Source: Gordius albopunctatus (taxonomy: Eukaryota). From it: a DNA stretch of 64,000 nucleotides. The number at the start of each line of letters is the position of its first letter. Position 1 is the first letter of the stretch. The position numbers were made by a program, and so were the translations under genes. The stretch lies in assembly GCA_964276515.1 (NCBI GenBank), contig OZ193910.1:8866001-8930000 (forward strand), in the 5' to 3' direction. The notes beneath the pieces are model-generated. The model ran no database searches, was not told where the DNA came from, and saw only the letters and a program-made list of their open reading frames with translations. Below, piece after piece: positions 39,546 to 60,677 of this stretch.

Positions 39546-40840
39546 TAGAGACCTGACAAATCAATTTTTTTAAGGCCCGGCCCGGGCCCGGAATTCAAAA
39601 TGGGAAAAAGGTCCGGCCCGGGCCCGAATTTTAGCATATTTAAAAACAAGGCCCGGACCCGGTCCGGGCATGGCCCGGAATTTTTAGAATTGCAGGAATT
39701 TAATCAAACTCAATTTTTATAAAATTTTTAATTAAAAAATAAAACGCAGGTAATATAATTATAAATCGATAATGGAACTATTTTGGATGCAAAAATCACA
39801 GGCATTAAAAATTTCCGTGTTTAAATTTGTTCTTCGGTCTTAATAAATCCGGCCCGCTAACGAAAAACACCTCTCACTCAAGGCAAATAAAGCGATTTCG
39901 TATGGTCCCTAACCATTAACTTATTTTTATTCTTCAGTATCAAAATTATTTAAATTAATATAGTCTCTTATTAAAAATTTCGCCTAGATGGCATTAATTA
40001 GAGTTTATCTATTATTTAGTTTCGGTATCCGTACAACGGGTTATTATCTTGTTTTATTATAAATCTAGAATGTTTATATATATAAATAAAATCTTGGCGC
40101 ATAAGGTCAATGCATATCAAAATATATTATTCATAGTTTAATGATTTATGTTAAAGTTTAATGCATAAGTACAAAAATAATATAAACATTAAATAATAGT
40201 TGACCTAAAATGTTAGCAAAAATATTGGATTTTTTTTGAAGTTGAACCCATATTCTATGTAAAGTGCTTTTATATTTTATGTATGCTTATAAAATTTAAA
40301 TTTAGTGATCGAGGAAAATAACTAATTTGCGGAAAGATGAAAACAGGTTAATTATTTTCGTCTTGTATATTTAAAATAACTATCAAGTATAAATAATTTT
40401 TCAAATCCCTTTTTAAAAATTCGATTCGATTTTCGAATCTCACCAGGTAAAAATATTCGAGTCGAAATTCAGACCTAGGAATTCTAATTCGGATTCGAAT
40501 CGAATCTAGAATTGAATATCTCCCAAAGGTGTACTTTCCACCATTCCAATATTTCTATTTTTCTCGTTGATCCTTAATTTTATGTAGGTGTGGATTTCCT
40601 TTACTTTATAAATTTCTTTCCGAATATTTTCAGCTATTAGGAGTATATTTTTTTCTTTCCATACTCAATCGTTTGTATATTAGAAAAGGCGTAAAATTAA
40701 ATAATCAATAACTTGTAATTAATTAATTTTTTGTAATTATTGTTTTAAGCAGAACAAAAGGCTACTTAGACTACTACTTATAAATTATTTACTTCTAAAT
40801 TATTCCGGGCCGGGCCTCGGGCCGCCCGTGCAGGTCTCTA
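39546..40840. mobile_element. Composite non-autonomous hAT element (TAGAGACCTG TIR), copy 2
   Basis: TIR tagagacctg / caggtctcta; TSD ctcacaaa / ctcacaat (7 of 8); inverted near-identical copy of 30159-31488. Confidence 0.92.
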
Positions 40841-42572
40841 CTCACAATATACCATCCCTCTTACGCCATCCAGCATAACTCTAGAGTCCTCAGATATAAG
40901 TGAAGCTATCCATTCTTTTCCCATGGATTCTGCTGCAGGTTTGGATGGCATTAAACCAATCTATCTTCAAGATCTTATAAAAGTCGAAAACATCAACTAT
41001 CCAATTTTACTAACTGCCCTAACAAATGTTTGCAATCTAATCATTAATGGCAACATTCCCCATGAAGTACTTCCGATAGTTTTTGGGCAAAGTTACTTGC
41101 TATCGAAAAACCAAACAAATCATTGAGACCGTTCGCTATCGGCGGAGTTTTTAGAAGAATCATCTCTAAAATAATATGCAAAGCAATCAAGCATAATTTA
41201 TCCCCATCTCTAATGCCTCATCAGCTAGGATTCAGTGTTAAAGGGGGATGTGAAATAGTTACGAATGCTGCTAGATTGACCCTTGAAAATCTACCGCCCA
41301 GCGAGTCTTTTATAAAATTAGACTTTCAAAATGCCTTTAACAACCTAAATAGAAATTCCTTTATTAACACTTTCATCTATGCTTTTCCCCAATATGCCAA
41401 CTATATTCTTTTAACTTATGGCACCCCATCTATTTTAAAATTTGGACAATTTTTTATTGATTCAGCTGAGGGCATTCAACAGGGGGACCCCCTTGGCCCC
41501 CCCTTATTTTGTATGGCCATCAAACCATTAATAGATGAAATCAACGATAAATGCAATTTGACGACGATGCCACCCTATCAGGCACCACAGAAGAGCTAAT
41601 CAAAGCTCTTAACATCATTAATTAATACTACATAAAACTCAACTTATCATTAAACGCGACAAAATGCGAAATTTATTCCAACAGCACAACTGACATCCAC
41701 CCATCCTTTGCATCTTTTCTACGCCTTGAGAAGGACGAGGTATTTTTACTAGGTTCTCCAAGCTCCTTATCATTGGCCTCATTCATATCCTCCCACCTTT
41801 CTTCAAAATCCATTGTAGAAAAATTAATCCGATACCCCTCCGATGAAACATTCGTCAAGGCCCTATCCCTCTGGAACCTTAATTTTATTCCAGAAACCTC
41901 CTATCCACAAACATCCGTTCAAAAAAATTTGGATGCTTGTTTGGTTTCGCGCTACGTTGCTCACCTACTTACGAGCAGCGATACCAAACAACATTACAAC
42001 CTTCGGTCATTGGTGTTTGATAAATCTGGCCACGAATGGCTTGAGGCTTACCCCAGTAAATATTCAAACATGATGTTGGAGGACTCCGAGCTATCCTATA
42101 GTATAGTTCTAGGCCTTGGCATCAAATACACCAAACCATATGCATGTAGGAATTGCGACTTGCCAGTTGACGAAGAAGCCCGTCATCCATTAAATTGCAG
42201 GTTAAACAAATTCAGACACATACGAGACTCTAAAATCAACTCCATCATCCAGTCAGCACTTAAAAAGGCTAAAATCACGTCCATTCTCGAGCCGTCAGAC
42301 CCCTCTCTTGAGGGTCGAATGCGCCCTGACGGCTCCTCACTTGTGCCTTGGGAAAACGGTTTATTCTTAAAATGTGACTCAAATCTCAATTATGATCCAA
42401 TGGCCCTCGCCGAGGGGCGCAAATTAACAAAGTACAAGGTCCTTTTAAACTCAAGTATTTTTATCCCCATAGTTTCATCCTGTTCCGGCTCTTATGGAAA
42501 AATGGCATTAGCCTCTTTTATAGAAATTGGCAGACGATCTCCTCCTTCTAAATATTCTCCCGCATTTCTACT

Positions 42573-42752
42573 TATTGAGTCTGCGCTTTATTCCAAGTCC
42601 AAAATTACTATATTCACTATTGAGTATGAGGTACGTTACTCCTCTTTCTTAGATTTCCTTTGTCTCCCGCCTACTATCATCTAGCATCTGGTAAATACCT
42701 CTTGCATCTGTCTGCTATTCTTCAACGCCATATATGTCATACATATATGACA
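42573..42752 (-). mobile_element. Probable solo LTR (180 bp)
   Basis: 5-bp TSD ctact (42568-42572, 42753-42757); minus strand starts TGTCA, has AATAAA near its end and ends CAATA (non-canonical). Empty site seen in the copy near 47080-47095. Confidence 0.75.
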
Positions 42753-42977
42753 CTACTAAAACAATCAATTGCGATTTTAAATTCAACTTTAAATCCTTTT
42801 TGGATTCCTGTCCTTCGTTGAAAGAGGAAGATGAAGATATATTAGCTATTTAACGCTCTTATTTAATTTTTTTTTAATATAATAAATTTGTATCACATTT
42901 TACCCTATTATAATTAGCCATATATTAATAAAATTTTTATAAAAAAATTTTTTTTGGATAAAATTCAATGAGTATTA

Positions 42978-43302
42978 CAGTCAAAACTTCTTAATCGAAA
43001 ATCGGATTATCGCAAAATCTTTTAATCGCGAAGTTAACCGCCGTTTTGTTTTTCCAAACGATAATATTTTAACAAAAACATCGGTTATTGACAAATCGCT
43101 TAATATTACAATATCGGATATTCACAAACATTTTCGAGTCCTTAAATATAAAATATCGTTTTATAGCGAAGCGTAAGAAATGAATATTTACTATATGTCT
43201 TTATATATTTAATATTTTCTCTTTTTCCATCGTTTAATCGCGAAATATCGGTTAATCGCGATTTTTGAGGCCAAAGACTTTGAAATTAAACGGTTTTGAC
43301 TG
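42978..43302. mobile_element. Tc1/mariner/pogo-type MITE
   Basis: TIR cagtcaaaac / gttttgactg flanked by TA on both sides; repeated taatcgcga motifs. Confidence 0.8.
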
Positions 43303-44418
43303 TAACATGTCCCTGTATAATTAGAGACATTACACGCCATGCGTCCAGACTCAAAATACGCTCTAAACTTGACAATCTAGACATATTCTATGTCAAGGAC
43401 CATAAAACACAGTTAGCGGAGTTGTTTTCATCCGTTTTAAAAAGGCAATTTCACGTAAATATCAAGACTTATTTTTCCCATAGAACCCTTTAATAAAATT
43501 CAATTATGTTTTCAAGAACAAGAATTTAAAATGGAGAAAATTGTGGCGGGATTATAGAGAAGTAGAGAGATTGAAGCTGTAAACCTTGAAAATACTATGC
43601 ACGTTTTATTTGATAATGCAAGAGGAATAATTACGGGAAGTTAATCACATTAATTATTATATAGGCCTCTAGATTATTTCATGTTTTATAATATCGTTTA
43701 AAGCCCATAGAGGTGAGCGCTTGCGTTTTAAATATATAAATGCTCCTTAATTTTAGTGGATTTTTAATAATGGGAGTGTGACTTTCAGTATTTAGCTGCC
43801 AGTTTATCCAATTGTAGGAGTTCCTTTAGAGAAGATTAACATTAAACAGGTTTTTTTTTATCCAAACTAACCATAATAAGAATAATAAAATTATTCTAAA
43901 TTATTTTTTAGAATTTTTACACCTGTTAACATCTAGCTTATGCGAATCAAGCTTTATACTGTCATAGAAATGCCCTAATTAAGAAATCTTTTTTATTTTA
44001 TAAAGTTATTAAATATTCTCTCGATTTATTTGTTAAAATGGAAATAAAATTTGAATTTCGAGACTATTAAAAAATATTTTTTAAAGTGAAAAATCATGAA
44101 GATTGTTGAGGAAATAATATTTTTGTTAGTAATTGCAATAAAAAATAAAATCTTTCATTTATCTCGTTTTTAATAACTTCAGAATTAAAATTCAAACCAT
44201 TGAAGGTAAAGAATTGTCTTTAAGTCGTGGTTGAGCTTGTGTACTTCATTGATTCAAGAGGAATATGAAAGGAAACCTAACTACAGCTTTGTCTAAGTTG
44301 GTCGGGTAAAATTAAATTAGTTAGGGTTAGGTTTTAAAGTGAAATGTATCGGTGACGTCTACATGCTTTGCTTTAAGGGAACAGAGACACATATAAATGG
44401 GTCTTCAGTTGGAATCTG

Positions 44419-44683
44419 GTGCAAAATCTAATATGTGCAAAATCTAATAATGTAATATTCGCATTTTAGAAATTGAGACCGGTTTTCACGCATATTCATA
44501 CGCATGTAATATGTACTAAAAAACTACGTAATAAAAGGATACTATAATTGTTAATTGAAACAAAATAAGTTATATCAAAATGTATAATACTATTTTATAA
44601 ATAAATACATATTATCAAATAAATCACTAAATCTAACCCTAACCCTTGCCTATATTAGATTTTGCACATATTAGATTTTGCAC
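44419..44683. repeat. MITE-like element with tandem-unit inverted termini
   Basis: gtgcaaaatctaatatgtgcaaaatctaata and its reverse complement at the other end; ttcagttg occurs just outside both ends; superfamily unresolved. Confidence 0.65.
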
Positions 44684-44782
44684 AGAAGTGTTCAGTTGTA
44701 TTATGGGAGAATTTTGACAATGCGTTGTTAAAAAGGATTAATGATAAATTATGATAGGCTTGTGTTTTTGTTGTGAGTGGAT

Positions 44783-46286
44783 CAGGGGCGTACGCAGGAT
44801 TTTTCTGCGGGGAGGGTTTTTAAATCAGAATCATATTAATTTTACAATTTATTTAAATACAAACACTTTCAATAAAAATATTTATTATAAACGTCATATC
44901 ATATAATTTTATAAAATAAATAGTAGGGAAAAAATTATTTGCGCGATTTAGATAAAAATTCATTGATTATATCTTGAGTGTCTGGAATTAAATCTCTATG
45001 AATATTCAACAAGGTCAAACCTATAAGCCTATATAAAATTAAGAGTTTGTAATAAAATGTATTTACCTCTCTTGCCCAGTTGTATTCCTCAAGTAAGTTT
45101 TAAGTCTTCTCAGCGTAGAAAAACTTCTTTCATTAGAACACGTTGTTACTGGGAGTGTTGCTAAAATCTGGTATAACACTCTTATATTTGGATATAGAAG
45201 CAGCTTGGAATTATAATCCGACAATGCTTTTAGTGCATTAAAAGGCAGGACTTCAGGGTTACAATCTTTAAAAGATTGATACCAGAGTTTAATCTCAGCC
45301 TCATAAATTTCTTGATTTCCATTCAAATCATCCCCATAAAAATTCGCTAAATTCAAAAAGTTCGCCCGTTTAACTTCAGATAGCTTTACAGGTGGTTGTA
45401 GTAGTAAAGAATGTAATCCCATGAGAATTTGTTTATTCTCAAGAAACCTTGTGTCCATTTCTACCAAAAAAGTGTCTAAGAATGCATTATACAGAGTTAT
45501 TCTATAATAAGCCTCTGGGGTTTGTTGGACATTTCCTCTGGGAATCGAAATCTCAAAGTCATATTGTTTTCCCATCAATGTGACATCTTTAAAAATCCTG
45601 GAAAACTCTACCTGCGAATTATTTCTAATTAATTTAATAGCTTCCACAACGTTTTCGGCCGCATTTATTGCCTGTGATAAGTCCAGGTTAACGCTTTGCA
45701 AATGAATGCTAAGATTTAAAGTATAAGCAAAGATTTGCTTTAGTGTGTGTAATGATAACCAAAAATGGCCAGTTTTAAGTGCTGATACCAATAACATGGC
45801 ACCCGAAGAGGAATCATTGTCTGCCCATTCACTAATCTGCTCAAGGATTGTGATGATTGAATCTCTTAATTCAAAAAAGCGGTTTATTGCTTGATGCTTT
45901 TGAACCCATCTTGTTTCACAGAGAGTTAATTAACATCTAACTATGATCATTTAAAAATCTTACCACTAGCAAATCCTTTTTCCACATGATTAACTTTTTT
46001 GACACAATATTTAAATATCGCGCCTTTTCTTTTATTCAAATTGATAGAGGAATTCATATGAAATGCATACGTTTTATAACCACAAGGAAAATTTAGGAAA
46101 AATATATTAACGCCTAAAAATACTTAATGGTTGTTGAAAATAAGAGCTCTCCATAGTTAATTAAATAGCACTCATTTTATAATATTTACTATATAATGCT
46201 ATATTAGAAAATAAAAAATATTTTTTCGAAATCCGCAGGGGGGGATTTGAACCCTAAAACCCCCCCCCCCCTTGCGTACGCCACTG
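44783..46286 (-). mobile_element. Tip100/PRKRIR-like hAT element, internally deleted
   Basis: TIR caggggcgtacgca / tgcgtacgccactg; perfect 8-bp TSD gagtggat; C-terminal transposase fragment LCETRWV..LSIHLQSVNLDL..LATLPVTTCSNERSFSTLRRLKTYLRNT (about 45063-45925). Confidence 0.92.
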
Positions 46287-46899
46287 GAGTGGATTCTTTA
46301 CATCGAATATAATACCCACTCTTCCCTCCCCCCCCCCATGACTCTATACTCTATAGCTTATTAAATTAAGGCGTTTGTGTAGTGCGTTTCTAGCGCAGAT
46401 CGTGCTGCTAGCGAGCGCAAATTATTAAAAGCTATGCAGGCCATACGGGTTTAATAGCATAAATTTAGATTTTTATTTAATCGAAATTTTTTGACACAAA
46501 ATTAACCACCCCCCCCCCCTTAATTCGGTAGTCTATATATAATCTTAATAAATTATTGTTGATTAGTATTATTTATCAAAATTTTTTGAACCCCCCCCTC
46601 CCTACAGTTTAATTAAATCACAACCTTTGTGCTTAAATATAAAATATCAATGAATTTTTGTCAATATTTAAAATGTTTTATACAATTAATGTAATTATAG
46701 AATATAGACTAATTGACATATTTTAGTTGATAGCATCAATATTTTCAATTTTTTATCAAATATATTATTATTAAAGCTTCAATAAGCTTTATTTTCAGCA
46801 CTTATCTCCATAAACTTTGCTTATAATAAAAAAGCACCCTATAAAATAGAAATTAAATACCAAGGACTAACATCTTTAAGGGCAGATATTTTCCCATAG

Positions 46900-48090
46900 A
46901 AAGTTTATTAATATATGGCTAATTATAATACGGTAAAATGTAATAAAAATTTAGTATATGAAGAAAAATAAATAAGAGCGTTAAGTATCTAATATATCTT
47001 CATCTTCCTCTTTTAAGGAAGGTTAAGAATCCAAAAAGGATTTAAAGTTGAATTTTGCGATTAAAATCGCAATTGATGGTTTTAGTAGAAATGCGGGAGA
47101 ATATTTAGAAGGAGGAGATTGTCTGCCTATTTCTTTAAAAAAGGCCAATGCCATTTTCCCATAAGAGCCGGAACAGGATGAAACTATGGGGATAAAAATA
47201 CTTGAGTTTAAAAGGACCTTGTATTTTGTTAATTTGCGCACCTCGGCGAGGGCCATTGGATCATAATTGAGATTTGAAGGGGCAAACAAATCGATGCATG
47301 TAAAGTCCTATTTTAAGAATAGACCGTTTTCCCAAGGCACAAGTGAGGAGCCGTCAGGGCGCATTCGACTCTCAAGAGAGGGGTCTGACGGCTCGAGAAT
47401 GGACGGGATTTTAGCCTTTTTAAGTGCTGACTGGATGATGGAGTTTATTTTAGAGTCTCGTATGTGTCTGAATTTGTTTAACCTGCAATGTAATGGATAA
47501 CGGGCTTCTTCGTCAACTGGCAAGTCGCAATTCCTACATGCATATGGTTTGGTGTATTTGATGCCAAGGCCTAGAACTATACTATAGGATAGCTCGGAGT
47601 CCTCCAACATCATGTTTGAATATTTACTGGGGTAAGCCTCAAGCCATTCGTGGCCAGATTTATCAAACACCAATGACCGAAGGTTGTAATGTTGTTTGGT
47701 ATCGCTGCTCGTAAGTAGGTGAGCAACGTAGCGCGAAACCAAACAAGCATCCCAATCCTTTTGAATTGATGTTTGTGGATAGAAGGTTTCTGGAATAACA
47801 TTAAGGTTCTAGAGGCATAGGGCCTTGTCGAATGTTTCATCGGAGGGATATGGGATTAATTTTGCCACGATGGATTTTGAAGAGAGGTGGGAGGATATAA
47901 ATGAGGCTATTGAAAAGGAGCAGGGTGAACGAATTCCCAAATCTCCCGATTTTATAGGTAAAGTGGCCTGTAGCTATGTATTAGTATTAAATGATAAGTT
48001 AAGAGTACTTTCGACGACGGATTTGATGTGAATTTCAAAATTATGTAAAATTTGTGTGTGCAAAAAAGCGCTTGTGGAGCGAAAGCAAAA
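46900..48090 (-). mobile_element. CRE-like subfamily B copy 2, 5'-truncated
   Basis: Close to the reverse complement of about 41760-42940 without the solo LTR; endonuclease motifs [19 protein letters not shown] retained. Confidence 0.9.
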
Positions 48091-48435
48091 TTACTCCAAT
48101 TACAGTCAACCTGCGCATATTTAAATCACTTCTGATTTTCAAATATTCTAAATATTAAGTGAAATAAAATTTTATGTTGTAATTTGTTTGACAATAAGCA
48201 ATAAAAAATTGGAGCCATATGATTTTTATAAAATATATGCATTGTATCCAATTGATAATATAATATGGGTTGCTATAAATAATGTTCCATTTAAATTTCT
48301 TTTGTCTATATTATTTAACAATTTTATAAGTTTTATATATTTGTATTTAATTTAGAAAATGTGATTAGTGGGTAGCTGCCCATTATTCTACTAGCCGGGA
48401 CCAGGCCCAAAAATACAAAATTTCAGAAGGCGTAA

Positions 48436-49317
48436 TCTATATATATAAAGTAAAGTGTATGTATATATGTATGTATGTAAGGGCTAAATTCTGAAACTAC
48501 CGGCCCGATTCGCGCGAAACTTTACCTGTAGGTTCCCAGGGCTGCCAGGGCTAAAATAGGTTTTTCAGAATCCTAAAATTCCTTTTAGTTTTAAAAATAT
48601 GGGCCTTTTAGTTTTTAAAAATGGCTTAACTCTAAAACTACCGGCCCGATTCGCACGAAAACTTAGCCGTAGATGCCCAGGGATGCCAGGGGTAAAATAG
48701 CTTTTCCCAGATTCCTAAAATACCTTTTCGTTTAAAAAATATCGGACATTTCCCGGCCAGTTTCATTTATAGCATCATATACAATAATGACGTCATACAT
48801 ACAAGGCTGAAGTTTTCTCGAATTAGATATTTAAAAGTATAATAAAAATGTTACAGTATACGGTCAAAATTATTGGTGTTTAAAAACTATTTAAATTAAA
48901 TAAATAATATTTAAATTATTATCACGTGGTCAATCGTAGAAGCATATTTTTAATAATTATCCAAAATGTATTTCAAATAAATCAGGTAACTAGAAAAATA
49001 AAATAATGGTATTATTGTATAATAAATAACAGCATTGATCAGCAATTTTTTCAAAAACATTTAATTTTAGTCGGATTTGATGACTAAAACAGAATTCGCA
49101 TTTGGTTTGTCTTATTATATATATATACTAAAAATAGTGGGTTCATAAAATCCATGAAGTAATAAAATTCGTGCTCTAAATAAATATTATGGATATTTTA
49201 TTTATTTGAATTATTATTTCATATATGACCCCATTTTAGATAAGTCTTATTAATAGGTTATACTTATTTAACCACTTAAGGACTGAGCCAAAGCAACGCT
49301 TGGCCGGGCACAGCTAG
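48436..49317 (+). mobile_element. Non-autonomous Helitron
   Basis: A|TC start as at 32226, body shared to about 49020, 3' hairpin gccaaagcaacgcttggc plus CTAG|T. Confidence 0.88.
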
Positions 49318-49785
49318 TAATTTTTAAAGTACAAATTATAGTTCTTAGCTAGGCTATACGCAATTAGCTATTAATGTACAATATTTAAAAAAAACGATAA
49401 AAAGGTTATAGAAAATGAACAAAATTTATATATCTTTGTTATAAATTCAATTTGAAAATAGATCCTAAATGCCTACAAGAGAAGTATTTTATGTTTTGAC
49501 TATCTGTTTGATTTTTGGGCAACTCAAATTAAAAAATCCATATTATTCAAAAAAAAAAAATTAGTTTAAAAGAATAAAGCTTATATGACATGTCCATAAT
49601 GAAATGATTTTTGACCCCTCCCCTCTGGATGTTCTAATACCACTTGGAACGAAATTTTTAACCTCTTCATTTACTATTCCATTTTATAGTAAGAAAAGAA
49701 GAATTAGACGGCGACCTTGCAAAAATATAGTATTGCGTCTAGTTTATACACAGGAATACTACGTGAATAACTAAATCTCCCGAAA

Positions 49786-51228
49786 TCTTATATATAAAAA
49801 TGAAACTATGTATGTATATATGTATGCCGCCACCAATTTTGGAGAACTACCAGACCGATTTGGCTTAAAATTTCAGTTTATTCCCCACACTCCGGAGCAT
49901 GTTTTAAGATATGTTCGAGCCAAATCGGTCCAGTAGTTTTCGAGATATTTTGTTTTATACGTTTTGACGTTAAAATGTCAATCAAACGCAACATCATCGT
50001 GTTCTTTGAAAATTTGAATATATACAGTTCTTTAGTAAAAGTGTATCACTTATATAATATTTTCTAAAACGTCATCTTTTTTTAACGGTGAAAGATAAAA
50101 TTTATCAATTAAACGTAAAATAAATAAAATTTCTTTCTAATTGGATTTTTTCATTCTTGGATAATAATTATGAGATTGTATATATATTTTTTACAAAGAT
50201 TTCTAACATCAGTTTTTTATATGTTCAAACTCCATTTTCAATTTTCAGTTAAAGTTACATATTACAATACATCGATCTATACCTTTTGCTATCTGTTTAG
50301 CTTTCCCTGGTTAATTATGTGATTGTATATATCTTATATATAAAAATGAAACTATGTGTATACCAGGTGACTATTTGGATTGAAACAAAAAATTTTTTTT
50401 CATTGGCGTAGCCAGGAGCAATAATCATTTAGGGAGAGACAAAATGATCATTTTTTAAATTCTTACCCATAATTTTAATAAATTTCAACAGATTTTTGGA
50501 TTTAGAGGGGAGCAGCCGTCCCTCCCTGCCCCCCCCCCGGCTACGCTCATGTTACTAAGAATAATTATAGTTCAGGATAATTCTGGCTCTCATGGGATTA
50601 GCCAAGAGTGGAAATAGAGGGGGGGGGGGGGCAATAATGATTTTAGGGAGGGTCAAAAGGATCATTTTTGGAAATTTTAGCTATATTTTTAATATATTTC
50701 AACAAATTTTTGGACTTATAGATGGGCAACCGTCCCCCCTGGCTTCGAGAATGTAAAAGCTACAAGTTTAAAATTTTATAGAATAAATATATTCTCTACA
50801 CTTATTTAATTAGCGCTAAATGCGTCCCGTATAGGAAACTACCATCAGTATTTATCTCTCCAATTCACTAAAATAATTTTACCCACCTTCCACTCAAACG
50901 GCTCTTCGGGAAAAACCGTCCATAATAGCCTAGGCCACGTTTTATCTCCTCGCCTTCCCATCCATCGCCCCCATACGTGTGAAATTTGTATCTTTTTATA
51001 TAATACGTTCTTATAATGGTCAATAGTTTATGCAAGGTCGTGTCCCCAAATAAATTACATGCTTCTATGGCCATGTGGTAATAATGGTGGCTCATTAATT
51101 TTCTTGCCAGTTTTATTAGTTGAGTTTTTAAATTTTTTTGTTAGTTTTAAATTTTCTTATTTTAATTTTTTAATTCTTTTTAAAAAATATTTTTAATATG
51201 GCAAAACAACGTTTGCCGGGTCAGCTAG
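49786..51228 (+). mobile_element. Non-autonomous Helitron with nested MITEs
   Basis: A|TC tcttatatataaaaatgaaact (second such start at 50332); 3' hairpin ggcaaaacaacgtttgcc plus CTAG|T; contains CATGGGCGTAGCCA-family MITEs near 50401-50551 and 50591-50753. Confidence 0.8.
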
Positions 51229-51337
51229 TGTAATATAAACTTAAGTATGCTATAGAAGGTGAGAAATTATTTCGAATTTCGGACAATTAATAAATTAAGG
51301 TTACAATGTAGTATAAAATAAGTTATGTATATTTTAA

Positions 51338-60677
<9,340 letters not shown>

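Larger units (their letters stand above)
38851..42947 (+). mobile_element. CRE-like subfamily B copy 1, degenerate, with nested MITE and solo LTR
   Basis: [53 protein letters not shown]; endonuclease CRNC..H..C, RPDG, AEGRK..KY; internal deletions; A-rich 3' end near 42940. Confidence 0.88.

Noticed and set aside
44319..44645. TTAGGG/CCCTAA telomere-like units
   Set aside because: Only about two units each, within or beside a MITE-like element; not a telomeric array.
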